IMG/VR virus record: IMGVR_UViG_3300018427_000754 | DNA: 20,000 bases | Direction: 5' to 3' (one strand) | Origin: an uncultured virus (IMG/VR IMGVR_UViG_3300018427_000754) | Taxonomy: Duplodnaviria; Heunggongvirae; Uroviricota; Caudoviricetes | Part shown: positions 8,675-16,811 of the stretch, one piece after another | How the letters are laid out: each line of letters opens with the position of its first letter | How positions within the stretch are numbered: the first letter of the stretch is position 1 | The notes under the pieces: generated by a model | What the model saw: only the letters and a program-made list of their open reading frames with translations | Told to the model about the DNA's origin: nothing | Database searches by the model: none | Position numbers and translations under genes: made by a program

Positions 8675-9541
8675 TTACTTTCCTCCGTTCACTTTCTGGA
8701 TGAACTGGGATTCAAGGCTTTGGTAGTCATACTCTCTCTGAGGAAAATTGTGAAATTGATTTGTCCGGGCTTTCGATTCGTTCCTTACGTTTCCTCCTCT
8801 GTCCTGTTCTTTGGACAGCCAGGAATTGATAAACCGTCGAATTCCCCTCTTTGTTTTTCTTCTCTCCGGATTCGTACTCAACCATCCTCTCATACCCCTC
8901 ATCGCTTGCAGTACGTCCACTGCTGGATACAGTTCAGCGAATTCATCAATGTCGCGCTGGAATATCGGATATTCCTCCCCTGTATTCAGAGGGAGCGTTA
9001 TGATAGGCTCTGGTTCCGGTCCGGAGTTTTGTAGCTCCGGACAAGAAGTGTTATATATATCTCTTTTATCTTTCTCTATCTCTTTCTCTATGTCTGTGTT
9101 ACATGCTGTTACAAGAGCGTTACACTCCGTTACATCTGCGTTACATTGTAACAATTTCTGATTTTCTTCTTTCTTATTTATGATGTCCCTGTGTTTACGA
9201 ACTCTGGCGGCTGATTCTGACTCGCTTCCTACTGCATCCTTTACTTCGGAAAGAAGATATTCGTCCTCTTCTACCATCTCAATCATTTTGTGTTTATGTA
9301 AGAAGTTCAATGTTACACGAACGTTCTCTATATCTTCTTCCAGATCGGAAGCCAATTCTTCTGCAAAATCGTCTTCAATGCCTTCATAATAGAGCTTGCC
9401 TTCGTTCTTTAATGACAACAGCTGCATTTTGAGATAGATGATAGTATATGTGTCACCTCCGGCTATTCGCCGTAGTTTCTTTATCAGTTTTGAACCGAAC
9501 CAGTCGGCCTTTAATTTCAACCAGTAATATCTTTTCGCCAT
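8675..9541 (-). CDS. phage replication initiator (replisome organizer N-terminal domain)
   Basis: MAKRYYWLKLKADWF...IKKLRRIAGGDTYTIIYLKMQLLS is the Phage_rep_org_N pattern; C-terminal YPAVDV...W...NP.RRKT..GI.RFINSWL. Confidence 0.9.
   Translation of the reverse strand: MAKRYYWLKLKADWFGSKLIKKLRRIAGGDTYTIIYLKMQLLSLKNEGKLYYEGIEDDFAEELASDLEEDIENVRVTLNFLHKHKMIEMVEEDEYLLSEVKDAVGSESESAARVRKHRDIINKKEENQKLLQCNADVTECNALVTACNTDIEKEIEKDKRDIYNTSCPELQNSGPEPEPIITLPLNTGEEYPIFQRDIDEFAELYPAVDVLQAMRGMRGWLSTNPERRKTKRGIRRFINSWLSKEQDRGGNVRNESKARTNQFHNFPQREYDYQSLESQFIQKVNGGK
9098..9152. repeat. iteron array, putative phage replication origin
   Basis: GTTACA at 9098, 9108, 9119, 9129 and 9140 (10/11-bp spacing), plus inverted TGTAAC at 9147; adjacent AT/pyrimidine-rich tract 9051-9095. 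Confidence 0.8.
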
Positions 9542-9544
9542 ATC

Positions 9545-12500
9545 CTACCCCCACTGCACATGGCTGCCTTCCTCGTCTTTTACAATGGTAACCGCCTGTG
9601 GGAATCGTGACTTGAATTCTGGGTCATGAGTGATTGCCATGACGATAGTATCTGGATATCTCTCCCGGATGGTCTCCAGGGCATCACAATATGCATTTGT
9701 TCCATCTGCATCGAGGAAAGGAGCTTCATCAATGAAGAGCATTCCTAACTGGATTCCCGCATAAGAGGCTTTTACTTCTGCCAGTGCCAAGATAACTGCC
9801 AGGGAAGCCTTTACTTTCTCTCCGCCGGATTTGGACACATAAGGCATAACGTTCTTGCCATATTCATGAATAAGGACATCCAGCGCCGGCTTTTCCCCGC
9901 CGCCTTTCTTTGACGCCTCTTTTTCAAGAGAAAATTCAATTCCCATCGTTCCACCCGTCATGGATCCAAGAATAGAGTTTGCCACACCCGTGATATGCGG
10001 TATGAAGTTACGGATGATCTGATGAGGAACACCGTCTTGTGAGAATGCCTGTTTTAAAGTCTCATAATAGCTCTGTAGCTTACTGTTCTCTTTTACCTGT
10101 GCACGAAGTACTTTTACATCTGCTTCCAGTGCCTTTACATCTTCCGCTCTCTGAATGATACCGCCTTTCTTTACCTGCATATCCATGAGCTCTCCCTGTA
10201 AAGCATCGATTCGTGTACGAAGAACTTCCGGTTTCTCATTCACAGTGAATGTAAAGGTATCCGATAATGCTTTTACTGCGAACATGGATTTCTGACACTC
10301 TTCACACTGTTCATCCAGTTCTTTCCACTCTTTTTCATAAGACAGGATGCTCTCTTCAATAAACTGCATCTTGGTACGAAAGACCGGAATCTGTTTCTCC
10401 TTTTCCACATATGGTGCAAGTTCCGCACAGCGGTTTCTCACATTCTCGTATTCACCCTGTATACCAGAAAGCCCATCAACGGTTTCCGTTGCTCTCTGGA
10501 TGTCCAGAATGAGCGTAGAGAGCGTCTGCTCGTATTCCCTTAGGAATTTATGACTGGATTCTTTCTCTGCCTCTAAACGGGCAATCTGAAGCTTGTTCTC
10601 GTCATTCTGTTTTTTCATTAATTCATATTTCTCTAAAGCATAGATTTCAGAAATAAGACGTTCTTCCTCGTGTGGGTCATATCCGATCTGCTCAATCTCA
10701 ACACTAAGGCTGGCATCCAGCTGTTCATACCGAGCTTTGCACTGTGCTGCATTTGATTTGGCCATCTCGTAAAGTTCTCTATGACTCTCTGTCGTAAGCA
10801 CCATCTCTTTTGCTTTTTTCAAGAACTCGCATCTAGCGTTCCCAACATCGATGCAGCCGGACTGGTTCAAGAATCTCTGCTGTTCTTCACAGGCATATAC
10901 CCGGAGCTTTTCCTGGTCCTCTTTATTTGTCCAATGCTGATATTCCTCCAGGATTTCTCTTCGTTTATCGCTGGTCTTTTCTCGGTGCTCAAAATAAAGC
11001 TCTTTCTTCCTTCTCTGTTCGCCCAAAAGAGCGCGAAGCGAAAGAAGCATTCCGTATCTTTCCTCAAGGTCTGCCGGATAAAGATTCTGATAATATGCTA
11101 TCTTTTCGTCGATTTCCGAAATTTTTTCTTTTAGCAGAGTGATTTCCTGTTCTGTCTTTGCTGTTTTCGTTCTGAAAGCTTCTAACTGCTTCAGGGCTTC
11201 TTCATATTGTGCCTGTTTTTTGGACAGCTCTGGAAGCATTTCGGTAAGTCTGGTGTGTTCTGCAACTGCAGAAACAATCACCGCTTCTTCTTCTAAGAAC
11301 TTTTTATAAATTCCTATCTCAAGTTCTGCTTCCTGTTTCTTATTTGCAATCTCGTTCTTCTTTCGGCAGAGGTCGCCACGCTTTTCCGTCAGCTCCCAAT
11401 ATTCAGACTTTAATTTTTCATATGCCGCATGTTCCGTCCTAGCCGTTGCTTCCTGCTCAATGCATACCATTATGTCTTTTTCGGTCTTCTCGATACGGTT
11501 TTCCAGTTCGTCCAGTTCCTGTTCCGGGTCTCCCTTACTCTTGATCTGATTGCTCTTTACTTCAATCTTTGTATTACCTGAGGCAACTTCCCTTTTGAAA
11601 GCTGTGAACTTTGCTTCTGCTTCTTTTTTCATCTCTTCATAAAGCTTCAGCCCCAGAAGATTTCCAAGAATGGCCATGCGGTCTGTTTTATTTGCCTGCA
11701 AGAATAATCCATACTGGTCCTGCATGATAAGGGCACAGCTCTTAAATGTCATGCTGTCCATGCCGACGATTTTTTTGATTTCCTCTTCCGTCTGGTCCAT
11801 GGTTTCTTTTGATACGTTTATCCAGTCGGTTCCATTCTCCGCGAGCTGGGAAATATTCAGCTTTGGAGCGCCGTATTTCGCCCTGCTTCTAAGGATACGG
11901 AACCGTTTTTCTCCAATATCGAAGATGAATTCTATATCACCGGACTTGGCATCGTCGGAGGCTCGGATCCAGCCGACCTTTTTCCCTTCTCTTGGTTCTT
12001 CGAACAGGCAGTCAATAATGGCATCCATAAAGAGACTGCTCTTCCCTGCTCCATTCGTTCCATTGATGGTGCAGAATGTAACATCTGAGAAATCAAAAGA
12101 AGCTTCTTTGTAGTTTCGGTAATTCTTTACACGAATGGATACCGGCCGGAACACTCCGTTGTAAAGAGCCTCACCGTTCTGGCTCAGCGCCTTGGAGATA
12201 ATAGGTTCTGCCAGTTCTGTGATAGCATCCGCATCCTTGATGCATTTTTCGTCTAAATACTTTTTCAGATTGGCCAAAGGGTCGCTCTCTTCTGACAGCA
12301 GTCCTTTATTTACTACATCGAACACTGTCTCTTCCAGAACATCCGTGACCATGAATGCTCCCATGTCTGTCAGAGACTTTCTGAGAAGATGCGTATTCAA
12401 TGCCTTTTTCTGTTTCTCTGTACAGTCATATTTGACACGTACGATTTTCCCGTCTATTAATTCTGGATAATTATTTGCCTGAAGGAACAGTTCTCCAGTC

Positions 12501-13390
12501 TGCAGATATTCCTCAACATCTTCCGTGCTCCATTTAATGGTCTGGAACTGTCGGTAAGGTGTCGTAATAAATCTGGATCCAAGCACCCATCTGCCATCTA
12601 GTTCTTTAAAATCATGAATGAAGAAACCTCTTTCCTGCCCTTCGTCATTAAAATTAAGTGCGTTGATTGCACCGGAATAAAAAACATTGCGAAGTCCTTC
12701 GATTTCCTGCGGCCGGTGGATATGCCCAAGGAATACTCCGTCGAAATCAGCTGCAAGAAGAGCTTCCTGTGGAATCACCGGTTCAAAATTGGCAAAGAAT
12801 GCGGTCTGTCCGGATTCTGCATTCGCTCCCGGCACTGTGTAATGCGCCATAAGAATTGCCGGTTTGTCTTTTCCGCACATAGCACGGAGTCCCATGGTGA
12901 TGGTACTGATATGTTCTGTCCAGATCAGATTCTCATCTTCAACTTTGACATCAGGGAACTTCGCTCTAAATTCCTGTTTTTCAAACCCCGGTATGCAGGC
13001 GATATCTGCATATGCTGTATGTATCACTTGCGGCTCCATAACTACTTCTACGTTCTTGTACGGTGCCAACAGTTCTGCCAGCATCCTGTACTGACCGGCT
13101 CCATCATGATTCGGTGTGCCTCTCATAACAATCACATGCTCTGCGATTGACGCCAATTCCACGATAAAATCTGTCGCTGTCAATACCTCATCCGTGTATC
13201 TGGATGGAGCAACAAGCTCCTTATCTAAAATGTCTCCTGAGATACAAACGATATTGGGGATTTCTTCCCATGCCTTATTTACCATGTGACGGATACAGTT
13301 CAAAGTATCCATATAACGGACATTCACTCCGTTCTCCATCGGTCCTTGCTGTGGACCGATATGCCAATCTGCTGTATGTAAAATCTTCAT
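9545..13390 (-). CDS. SbcD-SbcC (Mre11-Rad50) fusion nuclease/ATPase
   Basis: N-terminal phosphoesterase motifs ADWH, GDILD, GTPNHD, MAH, GHIH; then Walker A GTNGAGKSS, Q-loop, long coiled coil, signature SGGEK, Walker B LFIDE, H-loop ITHD. Confidence 0.92.
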   Translation of the reverse strand: MKILHTADWHIGPQQGPMENGVNVRYMDTLNCIRHMVNKAWEEIPNIVCISGDILDKELVAPSRYTDEVLTATDFIVELASIAEHVIVMRGTPNHDGAGQYRMLAELLAPYKNVEVVMEPQVIHTAYADIACIPGFEKQEFRAKFPDVKVEDENLIWTEHISTITMGLRAMCGKDKPAILMAHYTVPGANAESGQTAFFANFEPVIPQEALLAADFDGVFLGHIHRPQEIEGLRNVFYSGAINALNFNDEGQERGFFIHDFKELDGRWVLGSRFITTPYRQFQTIKWSTEDVEEYLQTGELFLQANNYPELIDGKIVRVKYDCTEKQKKALNTHLLRKSLTDMGAFMVTDVLEETVFDVVNKGLLSEESDPLANLKKYLDEKCIKDADAITELAEPIISKALSQNGEALYNGVFRPVSIRVKNYRNYKEASFDFSDVTFCTINGTNGAGKSSLFMDAIIDCLFEEPREGKKVGWIRASDDAKSGDIEFIFDIGEKRFRILRSRAKYGAPKLNISQLAENGTDWINVSKETMDQTEEEIKKIVGMDSMTFKSCALIMQDQYGLFLQANKTDRMAILGNLLGLKLYEEMKKEAEAKFTAFKREVASGNTKIEVKSNQIKSKGDPEQELDELENRIEKTEKDIMVCIEQEATARTEHAAYEKLKSEYWELTEKRGDLCRKKNEIANKKQEAELEIGIYKKFLEEEAVIVSAVAEHTRLTEMLPELSKKQAQYEEALKQLEAFRTKTAKTEQEITLLKEKISEIDEKIAYYQNLYPADLEERYGMLLSLRALLGEQRRKKELYFEHREKTSDKRREILEEYQHWTNKEDQEKLRVYACEEQQRFLNQSGCIDVGNARCEFLKKAKEMVLTTESHRELYEMAKSNAAQCKARYEQLDASLSVEIEQIGYDPHEEERLISEIYALEKYELMKKQNDENKLQIARLEAEKESSHKFLREYEQTLSTLILDIQRATETVDGLSGIQGEYENVRNRCAELAPYVEKEKQIPVFRTKMQFIEESILSYEKEWKELDEQCEECQKSMFAVKALSDTFTFTVNEKPEVLRTRIDALQGELMDMQVKKGGIIQRAEDVKALEADVKVLRAQVKENSKLQSYYETLKQAFSQDGVPHQIIRNFIPHITGVANSILGSMTGGTMGIEFSLEKEASKKGGGEKPALDVLIHEYGKNVMPYVSKSGGEKVKASLAVILALAEVKASYAGIQLGMLFIDEAPFLDADGTNAYCDALETIRERYPDTIVMAITHDPEFKSRFPQAVTIVKDEEGSHVQWG

Positions 13391-13821
13391 TATTCCTGCC
13401 CCCTTGCCTTCTTTGTAAGCATCTCAAGTGTCGGGTATAAAAGGTCGAACTGTTCGTCATTCATCCCACAGAAGCTGATTCCATCCCTATGCCAAACCTC
13501 TCCGATAATCAATATGTTCCCTACAATAAAATGACCATGTATGTCTGTTTCGTACAGCCAGCTTCCGACTGTATTAACAGGAACGTCATGCCACAGTCCT
13601 TCTTCATCGACCAGCATGCTGACGCAGCTTCCTCTTTCTTTGGAAACCCTGTTTGAACCTCCAAGATGTGAATACAGTCTTTTCGGCATGACATGTTCAA
13701 CAAGACTGCATTTTGGTCCTATCAGTTCTCTAAGAAATTGATTCTGTTCTGACACGGAAAGCTCATCCGGGAATTCGTGAATGGAGATTTCGTTGTCCGT
13801 TGAAATACGAATTATTTTCAT
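13390..13821 (-). CDS. DUF3846-like phage protein
   Basis: LRELIG...VEHV...MLVDEEGL...PVN.VGS.LY...IVGNILI; start moved to ATG 13821. Confidence 0.7.
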   Translation of the reverse strand: MKIIRISTDNEISIHEFPDELSVSEQNQFLRELIGPKCSLVEHVMPKRLYSHLGGSNRVSKERGSCVSMLVDEEGLWHDVPVNTVGSWLYETDIHGHFIVGNILIIGEVWHRDGISFCGMNDEQFDLLYPTLEMLTKKARGQE

Positions 13822-14909
13822 TGTCTTCTCGCTCCTCTCTGGCAATTTCTACATAACGGACGACCAAATTTGTTCATGGAATATTCATGAACTCGCTGGT
13901 CAATTACTGCACCACAGCTCATGCACTGATAAGCCGGTACCTGCTGAGCAGAAGGTGCGGACTGGTAAGATGTCGCTGGTGGATACTCTTCTGCTTCTTC
14001 CGTTGTCGGTTCTTCATATACCTCTTCCTGTTCTTCCGGCTCATTGTATGTTGCTGGGAGGGCCACTGTCTGTTGAATCACAGGAGTTCCAAAAAGGCTG
14101 GCTGTAGAACCAAGACATCGCTGTAGCATCATCTGTTTTACCATCGGGTCATTGTAGTCCGGAGAAAAAGCCATTCTGGCAACTGCAAATGGTTTCTGTA
14201 ACTCTTCTCTTGTATAACTGGACGGCATTCCAAGAAGACTTCTCACAACTCTTGCCTTCGCTCCTGTCGCTGCCTTTTGAGGTGCTGATGCTCTCAACTG
14301 AGTCATGGCATCTACAAGACTTCTTTCGATGTAGCGCTGTTTTTCGTTCTCTTCAATCACATATTTCTTTATTGGATAACCGTTCTGTGGGTTAGTTCTT
14401 CCTGTATCTACCCATGTTCCCCGGTATCTCTTTTCGGCTTCTTTCGCCTGTCTGTATTCCTCAATTCCCCGTTCCGCTTTTTCTTCATATGCAAAACGGA
14501 ACTTTTTCTCTTCGGATTTCAAATCAATTATCTTGATATCGCTCATTCGCGCCAGAGAGCCATCCGGAAGCATCATTTCTCCATAAGCTTTCGCTTCCCA
14601 CGTATCTTCGTCTATCTTTCTGATCTGAACTGCGCTGTCTGGTATGTCGATACCTGCATTGATTGCGACCCTATTAAGGAACTGCCAATGTAAAGAGTAG
14701 ATATCTACATATTCCTCTCTATTTCCATTCCTTACAGGCATGCGTCCAGAAACGTAGATGTCTTTTTTCGCCGGATCCAGTTCCGGTCTCAATGGTGTGA
14801 CTGTAATTTTATAAAAGGGATTTACTTGCTGAATCACCTGAACAGGTATTGCAAGATTGAATTCGTTCTTTCTTTGAAGAACTGTATCTAAAGAATATTG
14901 TTCTGACAT
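13818..14909 (-). CDS. hypothetical recombination protein, candidate single-strand annealing protein, with C-terminal Zn ribbon
   Basis: Start ATG 14909 after GGAGG; KAATGAKARVVRSLLG helix, acidic linker and terminal CMSCG...LCRNC; upstream of the SbcDC fusion. Confidence 0.55.
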   Translation of the reverse strand: MSEQYSLDTVLQRKNEFNLAIPVQVIQQVNPFYKITVTPLRPELDPAKKDIYVSGRMPVRNGNREEYVDIYSLHWQFLNRVAINAGIDIPDSAVQIRKIDEDTWEAKAYGEMMLPDGSLARMSDIKIIDLKSEEKKFRFAYEEKAERGIEEYRQAKEAEKRYRGTWVDTGRTNPQNGYPIKKYVIEENEKQRYIERSLVDAMTQLRASAPQKAATGAKARVVRSLLGMPSSYTREELQKPFAVARMAFSPDYNDPMVKQMMLQRCLGSTASLFGTPVIQQTVALPATYNEPEEQEEVYEEPTTEEAEEYPPATSYQSAPSAQQVPAYQCMSCGAVIDQRVHEYSMNKFGRPLCRNCQRGARRQ

Positions 14910-14937
14910 AATTTCCTCCATATTGCATATTTTCGAT

Positions 14938-14966
14938 TTGATTTTTGAGTTAAGACATGATACAAT
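14938..14966 (+). promoter_or_regulatory. sigma70-type promoter antisense to the early operon
   Basis: TTGATT(14938-43), 17-bp spacer, TACAAT(14961-66), with extended TG at 14958-59. Confidence 0.7.
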
Positions 14967-14971
14967 ATGGC

Positions 14972-15014
14972 TATGTTGTTGGGAGGGTCCATTGCTACGG
15001 CGTGGGCCTTTTTT
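14972..15014 (+). ncRNA. putative ~45-nt antisense small RNA
   Basis: Lies between the promoter above and the hairpin GGTCCA-N11-TGGGCC followed by T6. Confidence 0.5.
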
Positions 15015-15040
15015 ATTGCTCATGTATAACTCTTTCATAA

Positions 15041-15304
15041 CTAGTTACCTGTGGAATCTTCGGAGCTGGACTGTTCTGCAAGATATTCTTCTAATGCCTG
15101 CTCCAGTGTCTTTTCCTGTGGCCCAACAAATTCAGCTTCCTGTGCAAGCTTCCATTCGTTATATGTAGGATATTCATCATAGGACAGCGGGCTCATAAAC
15201 TGTTCGGAATATACAGAAATTCCAAATGTCAAAAATAAAGTGATTCCCATCATTAATCCAAAAAACATAATGACCGGGTCTAATTTTCTAATAAGTTTTC
15301 TCAT
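15041..15304 (-). CDS. small membrane protein
   Basis: One hydrophobic segment VIMFFGLMMGITLFLTFGISV; RBS AAAGGAG. Confidence 0.7.
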   Translation of the reverse strand: MRKLIRKLDPVIMFFGLMMGITLFLTFGISVYSEQFMSPLSYDEYPTYNEWKLAQEAEFVGPQEKTLEQALEEYLAEQSSSEDSTGN

Positions 15305-15447
15305 TTCTTTTCTCCTTTTGCTTTCTCATTTTTGTTATCGGTTTTCTTTTTGCTTTGGCACCATGGGCAGATATAGCCCTCTTTCGGAATCTTGGCATAT
15401 ATGCTTATGTTCCATGAGGCACCACATTCCCTGCACCTTGCCATCAT
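15301..15447 (-). CDS. small Zn-ribbon protein
   Basis: CRECG...YICPWC; start moved to ATG 15447 after GAGGAG. Confidence 0.7.
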   Translation of the reverse strand: MMARCRECGASWNISIYAKIPKEGYICPWCQSKKKTDNKNEKAKGEKK

Positions 15448-15463
15448 CTGGATTTCACTCCTC

Positions 15464-15631
15464 TCATACGGCCAATCGCAACTGGCCATTTCTTTCTACA
15501 ACTACCATTTGGGAAATCTCTTTTTCGAATTCTTCTGCCGCTATGCTCTTCTGCTCTTTTTCGTCCTGGCAGTCGCATCTTTCTCCCGGATCCAAGAATG
15601 CTCCGCATTCTGGGCAAACATATCCGTGCAT
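15464..15631 (-). CDS. 55-aa Cys-rich phage protein (not in the ORF track)
   Basis: Manual translation MHGYVCPECGAFLDPGERCDCQDEKEQKSIAAEEFEKEISQMVVVERNGQLRLAV*; RBS AAAGGATGGTG. Confidence 0.8.
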   Translation of the reverse strand: MHGYVCPECGAFLDPGERCDCQDEKEQKSIAAEEFEKEISQMVVVERNGQLRLAV

Positions 15632-15909
15632 TTTTCACCATCCTTTCTGATTGTTTTCTGATTGAATCTGTTAACAAAATCTCCAATATCGACCTCGTCC
15701 AAAAGGTAAGCCTTTCTGAAAATCCATTTAGGAATCGTTCCTTCCTTACTTCCTCTGAACATCAGACCTTCGGATTCCAAAGCCTCTCTTAAGTCACGAA
15801 TCATCTCGTATGCCTTTGAACGTCCTACATTCATGATTTCCATCACATCCTGTGCGGTATAGTAGGACCTGTCTTTTGGAGAAAGTTTCTTTATAACTCC
15901 TTTTGCCAT
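15541..15909 (-). CDS. excisionase-like winged-helix protein
   Basis: YYTAQDVMEIMNVGRSKAYEMIRDL...G.IP..IF resembles the ICEBs1 Xis/HTH_17 type; RBS AAGGAGG. Confidence 0.75.
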   Translation of the reverse strand: MAKGVIKKLSPKDRSYYTAQDVMEIMNVGRSKAYEMIRDLREALESEGLMFRGSKEGTIPKWIFRKAYLLDEVDIGDFVNRFNQKTIRKDGEKCTDMFAQNAEHSWIREKDATARTKKSRRA

Positions 15910-15919
15910 AAGCTCCTCC

Positions 15920-16396
15920 TTATCTGAGATTTTTCTCTGCCCATACCTTCAAGCTCTGTGCCATCTGTGCAACATCTTCAAGATTTCTCAGAACCTTTTC
16001 TAACGTTGGTCGTTCATCTTCACTGATAATCCCATCAGCTGCTATATCCAAAAGTTCTTCTTTCGAAGTGGCCAGCCTTGATAATGCCGACAGTGTTTTA
16101 ACCGTGATGCGGTCAAGATCTTCCAGTTCTAACTTTGGCATGTCATATCCTAGTGGACATACATTTGTACAATAATAATTTCTTAGCTCAGGAGCATTAT
16201 ACAAATCTGCCATCAAATGGACTTCTTCTGGATAAGGATTAGTAATTCCACTCTCAATTCTATAAAGCCGACCTCGGTCAATCGACATAATGTCTGCTGC
16301 GCCTTCACGACTACTCAGCTGTTCATTGTGTGATGATGCCGCATAACGTGCTTTATAAAATACGTTGGAACTTGTTGATGCAGTAATATTTGACAT
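15920..16396 (-). CDS. XRE HTH / CII-like phage regulatory protein
   Basis: SREGAAD...RLYRIESG...PYPEEV.LMADLYNAPEL..YYC...CPLG and DIAADG.ISEDE tail; directly after cro. Confidence 0.75.
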   Translation of the reverse strand: MSNITASTSSNVFYKARYAASSHNEQLSSREGAADIMSIDRGRLYRIESGITNPYPEEVHLMADLYNAPELRNYYCTNVCPLGYDMPKLELEDLDRITVKTLSALSRLATSKEELLDIAADGIISEDERPTLEKVLRNLEDVAQMAQSLKVWAEKNLR

Positions 16397-16450
16397 TTTC
16401 TTTTAGACCTCCGAATTTTATAATTATTTAAAGTCAATTTTCCATGGACT

Positions 16451-16657
16451 TTATGTGCAAAAAAAATCCGTTGATTTATCACATGCTTCAGAAATGATAA
16501 CAGCCATCTCGTAACTTAGTCTAATATTCCCACGTTCAAGTTCTGAAACCCATTGTTTTGACTTTCCTATCATTTTCCCGAGTTCTGTTTGAGTCAATTT
16601 TGCTTCGCATCGAGCATCTTTTACTCTTTGTGATACATTCATGGTTTCGATTTTCAT
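16451..16657 (-). CDS. Cro-like XRE repressor
   Basis: LTQTELGKMIGKSKQWVSELERG; ATG 16657 after GAAAGGAGG; divergent from cI. Confidence 0.88.
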   Translation of the reverse strand: MKIETMNVSQRVKDARCEAKLTQTELGKMIGKSKQWVSELERGNIRLSYEMAVIISEACDKSTDFFCT

Positions 16658-16696
16658 TTTGCCCCTCCTTTCAGTCCATGTTTTATGGACATTATC

Positions 16697-16725
16697 ATAA
16701 TAGTCCATTTTTTATGGATTGTCAA
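16697..16725 (-). promoter_or_regulatory. lytic (cro) promoter
   Basis: TTGACA(16725-20), 17-bp spacer, TATTAT(16702-697); the spacer is exactly operator 16703-19. Confidence 0.8.
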
Positions 16726-16764
16726 TACATTTGTCAATAAATCATGGACTTTATTCATCTTGTC

Positions 16765-16793
16765 TTGTTTGTCCAATTTTTTTGGACTATAAT
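16765..16793 (+). promoter_or_regulatory. cI promoter
   Basis: TTGTTT(16765-70), 17-bp spacer, TATAAT(16788-93); the spacer is exactly operator 16771-87. Confidence 0.75.
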
Positions 16794-16811
16794 TTAATGT
16801 AGGAGGCGCCT

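Larger units (their letters stand above)
16433..16787. promoter_or_regulatory. five 17-bp palindromic operators, consensus GTC(C/A)A-N7-TGGAC
   Basis: Copies at 16433-49, 16674-90, 16703-19, 16733-49 and 16771-87. Confidence 0.85.

Noticed and set aside
9098..9152. Short repeats as a CRISPR or mini-array
   Set aside because: The 6-bp units with 4-5 bp spacers inside a CDS fit iterons; no CRISPR-length repeats, tRNA or rRNA were seen in the window
10295..10307. CEEC motif in SbcC as the zinc hook
   Set aside because: It lies near residue 1028 in the returning coil rather than at the apex, and lacks the Pro/Gly turn context
14910..15038. N-terminal 43 codons of the 406-aa ORF in the track
   Set aside because: A strong GGAGG RBS precedes ATG 14909; the upstream part is better explained as regulatory DNA
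15444..15686. 80-aa minus-strand ORF starting at TTG
   Set aside because: It overlaps the better-supported Cys-rich 55-aa gene and Xis; its Arg-rich sequence looks like an off-frame read
685..15792. Many plus-strand ORFs (e.g. 1294-1920, 5783-6364, 6698-7264, 12614-13150)
   Set aside because: They are antisense shadows of well-supported minus-strand genes, with Phe/Ser/Leu-rich composition and no recognisable motifs
16390..16424. Plus-strand TTGACA and TATAAT as a PRE-like antisense promoter
   Set aside because: The spacer is 23 bp, incompatible with a sigma70 promoter
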